DNA of 64,000 nt, from NCBI GenBank assembly GCA_034003745.1, contig JAVEYA010000002.1:308-64307 (forward strand). The letters run 5' to 3'. The notes under the pieces were generated by a model that saw nothing but the letters and a program-made list of their open reading frames with translations, was not told the origin of the DNA and did not search any database. The translations under genes and the position numbers were made by a program. This stretch comes from Clostridia bacterium (GTDB taxonomy: Bacteria > Bacillota > Peptococcia > DRI-13 > PHAD01). Shown here piece by piece: positions 58,109-64,000 of the stretch (its first letter is position 1; every line of letters begins with the position of its first letter).

Positions 58109-61100
58109 ATGAATTTGTTTACCTTGAGAAAAAGCCGTGGGCTGTTGGCAGGATTGTTGCTGATGACCCTGTTGGCGACAATGATATTTCCCGGCGCAGT
58201 CTTGGCGGCCGAACCTTACGATACGTATAACAATTTAGCTCTGCAGGCGGTACGCAACAATTACGGATTGTACCAGGGCGGAACTCCTGTTACTTCCAGT
58301 CATTATACAAACTTTGGCGCTTATGGCGCTTATGTGCTGGACAAAGCCGGTATCAACCTGACGGAATGGGCTCATGAAGGGACGAGCTTTGCCGATAGTA
58401 TATCTGCCCTGATAGATGAAACGATAGCTGGTCCATCTTCCGCTAACCGTGTGGCTTATGAATATTTAGCGGCTAAGGAAATGGGAGACAGTAGAGCAGA
58501 CTCCTTACTGGTTATTCTGACTAACAGACAGACTACCCGCGGAGATGGCTCTTTTGACGATAATATTTATAGCAATATGCCCGCATTTGACGCCTTAGCC
58601 CGGACCGGGGATATCGCCGAACTTGATACGGCGGCAGCTATAATATATCTCTTGGGAACTCAGGATGATGCCAGTGGAGCGTGGGGTTCACCCGGATATC
58701 CGGATATTGCCGTAACAGCCCAGGCGGTGCGGGCCTTGCTGGCTTTAGAACCTCTGGCCGGGGGGGACGCCCTTAGCGTTCAGACAGCTATCGGTAATGG
58801 TGTGAGTTGGTTGCAAAGTTGTCAGCAGGATGACGGCAGCTTTTCTGCCCCGAGTTGGGACCCGCTGATTGATACTGTGGAAGCCCTGCTGACGATGAAG
58901 GCTTTGGGTTTGTCGCTGGATACCTGGAAAGAAGGTGGCAAGAGCGCCGTTGATTACATGCGGGACGATGCGTTAAATGATGATGGTACGTTTGGCGGCA
59001 GCGGCAACCTATATGATAACACTATGGCCCTGGAAGCATACCTGCTTTTGGACGCTGCCATACCGGAAGATAAGACCTTGGCTTTAACCATTTCACCCAA
59101 GACAGTGGATTTGGCGATCGATGAAGAGCAGGCTTTTACTGCTGAAGCCTTTTTAGCCAATGGTTCAAAAAAGGATGTGACCAGTGACGCTGATTGGGCT
59201 GTAAGTGATCCGGCTATTGCAGAATTGACGGAGGATGGGGACAGCGTTACAGTTGGCCGTATGATTGCCGGTGATTTCCAGGTTACGGCTGCTTATCAGG
59301 GGCTCAGCGCCGCGGTTTCTGTAGGGCTTGCTGCAGACCCTAGTCTGGCTGGGGTAACGGTTAGAATTGAGGGACCGAATTATACTATTCTGCCTGATAC
59401 AGTTATTTATGCTCCGCCTGGCTCCAGTTATACTCAGGTACTGGTGGCCGGCGCAGATGATAATGACTATACTGTGGATGAGACCGGAGGGTTCGTAAAT
59501 GCCATTAACGGAATAGGGGCTCCCGTTTATTGGCTGGTAGCTCCTTGGCAAAGCAGCGGCTATAATAATGGTGATTGGTTTACGATGTCGGCTAACGGGT
59601 CCTCCAATACCGGCGTAGCGGTATTATCTGCTTCTGCAAGGCAACCTGGTGAATCCATCACCGTGACCGTAACCTATAAAGACAATGAAGATATGAGCGG
59701 CGACCCGGTTGCGGGGGATACAGCAGATGGTATGCCGGTGGAGGGAGCTAAGGTAATCTATTATACGGCGGCAAATTACCAAACTCCTACGGAAGCAGGG
59801 ATTACGGATGCCAATGGGCAGTTAACCTTTTCTATCGGAACCGCCGGAACCTATTATGTGGCCGCGGATAAGACAAACACGGGTGTTTGGCCGGATCCAG
59901 ACGATGGTCTAGTCAGAACGGCAGCCCAGACAGTTGTGGTCAGCAGCGGAGGCGGACATACGTCCGGGACTCCCGTCCGTATTGAGGTCGTTGGAAAAAA
60001 TGGGAAGACCTTGTATGCCCGACGTACCGTTTATTTGGAAGGTGAGGATTACAGAAATGCCAGGGGAGATAAAATTGGCTTAAGTCCGGTGGAGGCGCTG
60101 GATAAAACGGGTCTGAGCTACGACTACGATTCCATCAGCTATATTCATACGATTGCCGGACTGGCGCCGGAGGGTCTGAACGGCTGGATGGTCAAAGTCA
60201 ATGGGACTTCATTGAAAGATGCGGCATATAAAGAAAAATTATCCTCCAATGACCTGGTCGTCTGGTTCTACAGCACCGATTCGGGCAATCTCGCCGGTAT
60301 GAGTGGTCCGAATCCCCAGCAGAATAAGACCGGCGATCAGTTGATCACGGATGCGCTGAAAGATAATAAAGAAGTCGTCATTGATCTGGCAAAACAGGCC
60401 AACGGTTTGTTGCAACTAAAGCCGGAAACGGTACAAAAACTGGCGGAGGCGCAAAAGCCCCTGAATATAAGCGGTAAGGGACTGGAAATAGCCATGACGC
60501 CGCAAGCCCTGGGTACTGAACAAGTCCAGGCCGCTTTAGAGGGGGGCGCTGCTGCTTTGCAGCTTGGCATCAAAGAAGTCACTTCCGCGGAAAAACAGGA
60601 AATCCTGACCGGCGCTAAGCTGGGCCAGTCCACCGGCATTTTCGAGATTGGCGGCAAGATTTTCGACCTCTCTGCTGAACTGATCAGCACAGACAGCGAG
60701 GGCAATCAGATAACAGAAAGAATCAGCAGTTTCGGCGAACCGGTTCCGGTGACCTTAGACCTGTCCGGGCTGAATCTGACGGGGGAAGATAGTGCTCAGC
60801 TGACGGCGGTACGCTATGAAAAAGACGCCGCGGGGAAGATCATTCCGGTAAAATTAGGCGGAAGTTATGATCCTGAAACAAAGGTATTCACCTTCTATAC
60901 GGAGAAGTTCAGCTATTACGGTATTGCCAAAGCAGAGAAATTGGTGACGGTGAGCATGGGTATCGACAAGCTGACTGTCACGATTAACGGTAAGCGGGGC
61001 TATACCGATGCCCCCCCTGTCTTACTGAATAACCGCACCATGGCGCCCCTGCGCTTTATCGCCGAGACCCTGGGCGCCCAGGTACAATGGCTGGCGGAGA

Positions 61101-61291
61101 GCCGGACGGCGGAAATCAGGTTGGATGGACAGACCCTGCGGCTGGTGGCGGAGGAACTTGTACCGGGAATGGATACGCCTGCCACCATCAAAAGCGCGCG
61201 CCTACTCGTACCGTTACGCTATATCTCCGAAGCCCTGGGAGCCAGGGTAACCTGGTTCGCGGCTGAACAACGCATCGAGCTGGTGTACTGA
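58109..61291 (+). CDS. secreted multidomain protein: prenyltransferase-like alpha/alpha repeats + Big_2 + 2x DUF4430 + CarboxypepD_reg-like + Cu-amine-oxidase-N-like C-terminus
   Basis: ATG 58109 lies 9 nt after AGGGGGT. Signal peptide ends ...AVLA/AEPY. Repeats of the QDDxGxW/F type occur four times. Ig-like segment at ~59080-59340. DUF4430 signatures (VRIE..G...GWMVKVNG...DLVVWFY) at ~59355-59600 and ~59970-60275. C-terminal LNNRTMAPLRFIAETLGAQVQW / LLVPLRYISEALGARVTW repeats. Confidence 0.85.
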   Translation: MNLFTLRKSRGLLAGLLLMTLLATMIFPGAVLAAEPYDTYNNLALQAVRNNYGLYQGGTPVTSSHYTNFGAYGAYVLDKAGINLTEWAHEGTSFADSISALIDETIAGPSSANRVAYEYLAAKEMGDSRADSLLVILTNRQTTRGDGSFDDNIYSNMPAFDALARTGDIAELDTAAAIIYLLGTQDDASGAWGSPGYPDIAVTAQAVRALLALEPLAGGDALSVQTAIGNGVSWLQSCQQDDGSFSAPSWDPLIDTVEALLTMKALGLSLDTWKEGGKSAVDYMRDDALNDDGTFGGSGNLYDNTMALEAYLLLDAAIPEDKTLALTISPKTVDLAIDEEQAFTAEAFLANGSKKDVTSDADWAVSDPAIAELTEDGDSVTVGRMIAGDFQVTAAYQGLSAAVSVGLAADPSLAGVTVRIEGPNYTILPDTVIYAPPGSSYTQVLVAGADDNDYTVDETGGFVNAINGIGAPVYWLVAPWQSSGYNNGDWFTMSANGSSNTGVAVLSASARQPGESITVTVTYKDNEDMSGDPVAGDTADGMPVEGAKVIYYTAANYQTPTEAGITDANGQLTFSIGTAGTYYVAADKTNTGVWPDPDDGLVRTAAQTVVVSSGGGHTSGTPVRIEVVGKNGKTLYARRTVYLEGEDYRNARGDKIGLSPVEALDKTGLSYDYDSISYIHTIAGLAPEGLNGWMVKVNGTSLKDAAYKEKLSSNDLVVWFYSTDSGNLAGMSGPNPQQNKTGDQLITDALKDNKEVVIDLAKQANGLLQLKPETVQKLAEAQKPLNISGKGLEIAMTPQALGTEQVQAALEGGAAALQLGIKEVTSAEKQEILTGAKLGQSTGIFEIGGKIFDLSAELISTDSEGNQITERISSFGEPVPVTLDLSGLNLTGEDSAQLTAVRYEKDAAGKIIPVKLGGSYDPETKVFTFYTEKFSYYGIAKAEKLVTVSMGIDKLTVTINGKRGYTDAPPVLLNNRTMAPLRFIAETLGAQVQWLAESRTAEIRLDGQTLRLVAEELVPGMDTPATIKSARLLVPLRYISEALGARVTWFAAEQRIELVY

Positions 61292-61325
61292 AATCAATAA
61301 CTTAGAATAACAATAAGAGGTTGTT

Positions 61326-62294
61326 ATGAGAAAATTTATTTTTCCATTATTACTAAGTATTTTGCTGCTTGTTCCTGCCTGCGGAGGGGAGGGGGGAAGC
61401 AACCCCGCCTCCCCCGCGGTTGGAAACATTACCTATCTGATTACGCAAAATTACGGCGCTGAGACGGTGCTGGAAGAGGCGGTATCCTATCAGCCTGACC
61501 GAAGCGTAATGGAGGGCCTCTTTGCCACAAAAGCTGAAGTGGAGACTGCTTACGGCGGTGACTTCGTCAGCGTCATCAACGGACTCAGCACGCAGAACAG
61601 CGGTCTCACCGGGGAGAGATACGACTGGTTCTATTATGTCAATGGGATTTTTGCCGACGTCGGCGCGCTGGATTATCTGCTCCTGCCCGGGGATCAGATC
61701 TGGTGGGATTATCATCCCTGGAAAGTTTCCCAGGGGACGCCCGCTGTCGTCGGCTGTTGGCCGGAGCCTTTTTTGCATGGTTTCCGGGGCAAGGTGAAGG
61801 AGACGGTTGTTTTGCCTGTACCCTCCATGGCGGAGCAGGGCAAGAAACTGCAAGCTGCTCTGCAGGAACTGGGCGTCCAATCTACGGCTGTACGGGAGCT
61901 GGATGGAACGTCGGCGGAAGAATTGGGAGCAAGGAAGGGTCCCATTATCGCGGTGGGGGCCTGGCCCGAACTGGCCCGGTATAAGTGGCTGGCGGAATTC
62001 AATGAAGCCTGGCGGCGCAACGGCACATTCCTGCATTTCAGCGCGGACGGCCTGGAATTACTGGACCACAGCGGGCAAGTGGTTAGGACTGTTCAAGGTT
62101 CGGCCGGCGTAATCATGGCCACTGCCGAGGGGAACGGGGACGACAGTCCTTTGTGGATAGTTACGGGCAGCGACGCGCAGGGGACGGCAGCTGCCCTGGA
62201 TATATTAATCGAGCAGCCGGAGAAAATAAAGGCGGCCTACAGTATCGTCATCCTGCCGGATGAGGTTATGAAGCTGCCGGCAATGAGGGAATAG
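61326..62294 (+). CDS. DUF4430 (transcobalamin-beta-like) lipoprotein
   Basis: Lipobox LLVPAC. YDWFYYVNGIFADVGALDYLLLPGDQIWWDYHPW signature. Confidence 0.8.
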   Translation: MRKFIFPLLLSILLLVPACGGEGGSNPASPAVGNITYLITQNYGAETVLEEAVSYQPDRSVMEGLFATKAEVETAYGGDFVSVINGLSTQNSGLTGERYDWFYYVNGIFADVGALDYLLLPGDQIWWDYHPWKVSQGTPAVVGCWPEPFLHGFRGKVKETVVLPVPSMAEQGKKLQAALQELGVQSTAVRELDGTSAEELGARKGPIIAVGAWPELARYKWLAEFNEAWRRNGTFLHFSADGLELLDHSGQVVRTVQGSAGVIMATAEGNGDDSPLWIVTGSDAQGTAAALDILIEQPEKIKAAYSIVILPDEVMKLPAMRE

Positions 62295-62301
62295 CAAAGG
62301 C

Positions 62302-63216
62302 ATGTACGCTTACCAAGAAAAAAATACGCTCTTTCAAAGCCTGCGTACGGAAGTGGCCTTGCTTTACGTAGCCATTCTGGTCTTCCTTGCGCTCTTTTTC
62401 TCGCATCCTTTGTTTTTACTGGCTTTATTGCTTGCGCTGAATGTAGTAATCTTTTCGGCGGGAATTATGCGGGAATGGCTGGTTTACCTGAAATTCACCC
62501 TGCTTTTGACGGCGTTGATTATTCTGGTTAATACGCTGTTCGTACAGGAAGGGGCGACGGTGCTCTTGCGCAGCCCGCGGCTTCCGCTTATCGGCACGGT
62601 CCGCATTACCTGGGAAGCGTTGTGCTTTGGCGTAGGGATGGGCCTGCGGCTCGTCGTGATGACCGGTGCGTTTTGCCTGTTGACGTATGCCGTACATCCC
62701 GACCGCATCCTGCAGACATTGGGCGGAGGCAACAGCAAAATCCTGCTGACATTGAGTATTTCCATACGCCTGCTGCCGCTGGCGGCCGCCGACTTTACGC
62801 GGATTACGGAAGCACAGCGCTGCCGGGGCGTCAATTTTCAGGTCCGGGGCCTGGACGCCAAAATTAGAAAATATATTCCGGTTTTCAATACCGTTTTGCT
62901 GTCCAGTTTGGAACGTTCTTTTCAGTTGGCGGAGTCGCTGCAGTCCAGGGGCTACGGGGCCGGACGCAGAACTTTCCTGCGCGAATCCTTGTGGCGTATC
63001 CGGGATTACCTGGTGCTGGCGGCGCTGCTTTTAGCCGTAGTCTATGCGGTACTGTTGTTCTTCACAGGCTGGGGTGTCTACAGCTACTATCCCCGGCTGC
63101 AGCCGGTTACCGGGGAGGAAATGATTCTGGCTGCCGGGCTGGCGCTGTTTTTCCTGTTTCCGGCAATCTTGAATTGGGGGTGGGTCCGTTGGCGCTTCTT
63201 GAGATTGAAAATCTGA
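62302..63216 (+). CDS. ecfT: ECF transporter transmembrane (T) component, CbiQ family
   Basis: Polytopic. Two coupling-helix motifs of the AxxxRG type (EAQRCRG, ESLQSRGY). Confidence 0.85.
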   Translation: MYAYQEKNTLFQSLRTEVALLYVAILVFLALFFSHPLFLLALLLALNVVIFSAGIMREWLVYLKFTLLLTALIILVNTLFVQEGATVLLRSPRLPLIGTVRITWEALCFGVGMGLRLVVMTGAFCLLTYAVHPDRILQTLGGGNSKILLTLSISIRLLPLAAADFTRITEAQRCRGVNFQVRGLDAKIRKYIPVFNTVLLSSLERSFQLAESLQSRGYGAGRRTFLRESLWRIRDYLVLAALLLAVVYAVLLFFTGWGVYSYYPRLQPVTGEEMILAAGLALFFLFPAILNWGWVRWRFLRLKI

Positions 63217-64000
63217 CGTATCATTACCCGGATGAAAACCGGTCCGCCCTTGACCGAATCAATCTGACGGTCCAAGAAGGAGAATTTATACTGCTGGCCG
63301 GCGGTTCCGGCAGCGGCAAATCCTCGCTGGTACGGGCCATGGCCGGACTTATCCCGGACTTCTACGGCGGAAAAATCGCCGGAGCCGTCAGGTTGGACGG
63401 CATGGATATCAAAGCCCTGGCGCGTTCTGAGGTGGTGCGGAAAGTCGGCATGGTCTTTCAGGACCCGGAAAGTCAGCTGGTAATGACCACCGTGGAGCAG
63501 GAGCTGGCTTTCGGCATGGAGAATCTGGGCCTTGCTCCGGAACTGATGAAACGGCGCATCATGGAAGTTTCCGGGGCGCTTTCCCTGCACGGGTATTTAC
63601 AGGAAAACATTCCCCGGCTTTCCGGGGGACTGAAGCAGAAAACGCTGCTGGCTTCCATCCTGGCCATGCAGCCGGAGATTTTAATTCTGGATGAGCCCAC
63701 TTCACAGCTGGACCCGGTAGCCGGGGAAGAAATTCTCACAGTGGTACGCCGGCTAAATGAGGATAACGGGATTACGGTAATCCTGATTGAACAGCGGTTG
63801 GAGCGCTGCTTCCACCTGGCGGACCGTATCGTCGTCATGTCGGAGGGCCGTATTATTCATGACAGCCCGGACCGCGCCGCCGCAGCCGCCTGGGCTGTGG
63901 CTAAGGACAGTCCTTTTTTGCCGCCGCTGGCCCGGCTGTTTGCGGCCACCGGCATACAACCCCTCCCGCTGACGGTGAAAGAAGGCCGTAAAGCGCTGAA
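63189..64000 (+). CDS. ecfA: ECF/ABC ATPase (A) component, 5' partial (runs off window)
   Basis: Hand translation LEIENLTYHYP...GGSGSGKSS (Walker A)...LSGGLKQK...ILILDEPTSQLD. Start is TTG 63189 (8 nt after GGGGG) or GTG 63180. Not in the track because no stop occurs before the window end. Confidence 0.85.
   Translation, partial: MALLEIENLTYHYPDENRSALDRINLTVQEGEFILLAGGSGSGKSSLVRAMAGLIPDFYGGKIAGAVRLDGMDIKALARSEVVRKVGMVFQDPESQLVMTTVEQELAFGMENLGLAPELMKRRIMEVSGALSLHGYLQENIPRLSGGLKQKTLLASILAMQPEILILDEPTSQLDPVAGEEILTVVRRLNEDNGITVILIEQRLERCFHLADRIVVMSEGRIIHDSPDRAAAAAWAVAKDSPFLPPLARLFAATGIQPLPLTVKEGRKAL

Noticed and set aside
37114-62036. Further long antisense ORFs: 37114..37944, 38266..38841, 39949..40692, 48463..49245, 50287..51042, 51694..52626, 53050..54033, 56059..56931, 61353..62036.
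   Set aside because: Each lies opposite a motif-supported + strand gene (secA, prfB/tkt, uvrB, uvrA, uvrC, the vanY-like gene, the DUF4430 lipoprotein). None has a start context or a recognisable domain.

Overview
This is a 64-kb chromosomal segment that looks GC-rich by eye (GC not computed). It appears to come from a flagellated, probably spore-forming member of the Bacillota (Clostridia/Negativicutes-like). Every confidently called protein gene is on the + strand except cls and a 48-aa Zn-ribbon ORF. Gene order, 5' to 3': an AT-rich gene fragment; cardiolipin synthase (-); an RND efflux operon (adaptor, permease, TetR); an SGNH hydrolase; aconitase, isocitrate dehydrogenase and a 5S/OadA-type carboxyltransferase; a DegS/DegU-like two-component system; a complete secretin-less Tad/Flp pilus locus (2 flp pilins, prepilin peptidase, TadE-like, CpaB, REC-CpaE, CpaF, TadB, TadC, DUF192); codY; comFC; a late flagellar block (yvyF-like, flgM, flgN, flgK, flgL, yviE-like, fliW, csrA, flagellin, fliD, flaG, fliS, fliT-like); csp; hpf; secA; prfB with its programmed +1 frameshift; split transketolase; an AbrB/RelE-type toxin-antitoxin pair on an AT-rich islet; ftsEX; an S41 protease; a PDZ membrane protein; uvrB, uvrA, uvrC; a Cof-type HAD; a Spo0E-like protein; a VanY-like peptidase; a TIM-barrel isomerase. 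The window ends with a cobalamin riboswitch driving a 1060-aa secreted multidomain protein, a DUF4430 lipoprotein and ECF T/A transporter components (truncated at the window end). I saw no rRNA, tRNA, CRISPR array, transposase or integrase. The most noteworthy observations are: (1) the riboswitch-controlled surface-protein/ECF operon, which I read as a transcobalamin-like corrinoid-capture system with no S-component visible; (2) a nested-palindromic intergenic repeat family (TGTCATTCTGAG...GAAGAATC) with seven copies, each within 45 nt downstream of a + strand stop codon; (3) a duplicated ~100-nt conserved leader in front of both flp pilin genes; (4) a cluster of four co-oriented DnaA-box-like 9-mers in a 625-nt AT-rich gap; (5) an unlisted 48-aa Zn-ribbon ORF with a perfect 10-bp palindrome in the divergent degS promoter region. 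All protein and domain assignments come from motif recognition by eye and from conserved gene order. No database search, folding or statistics was run.
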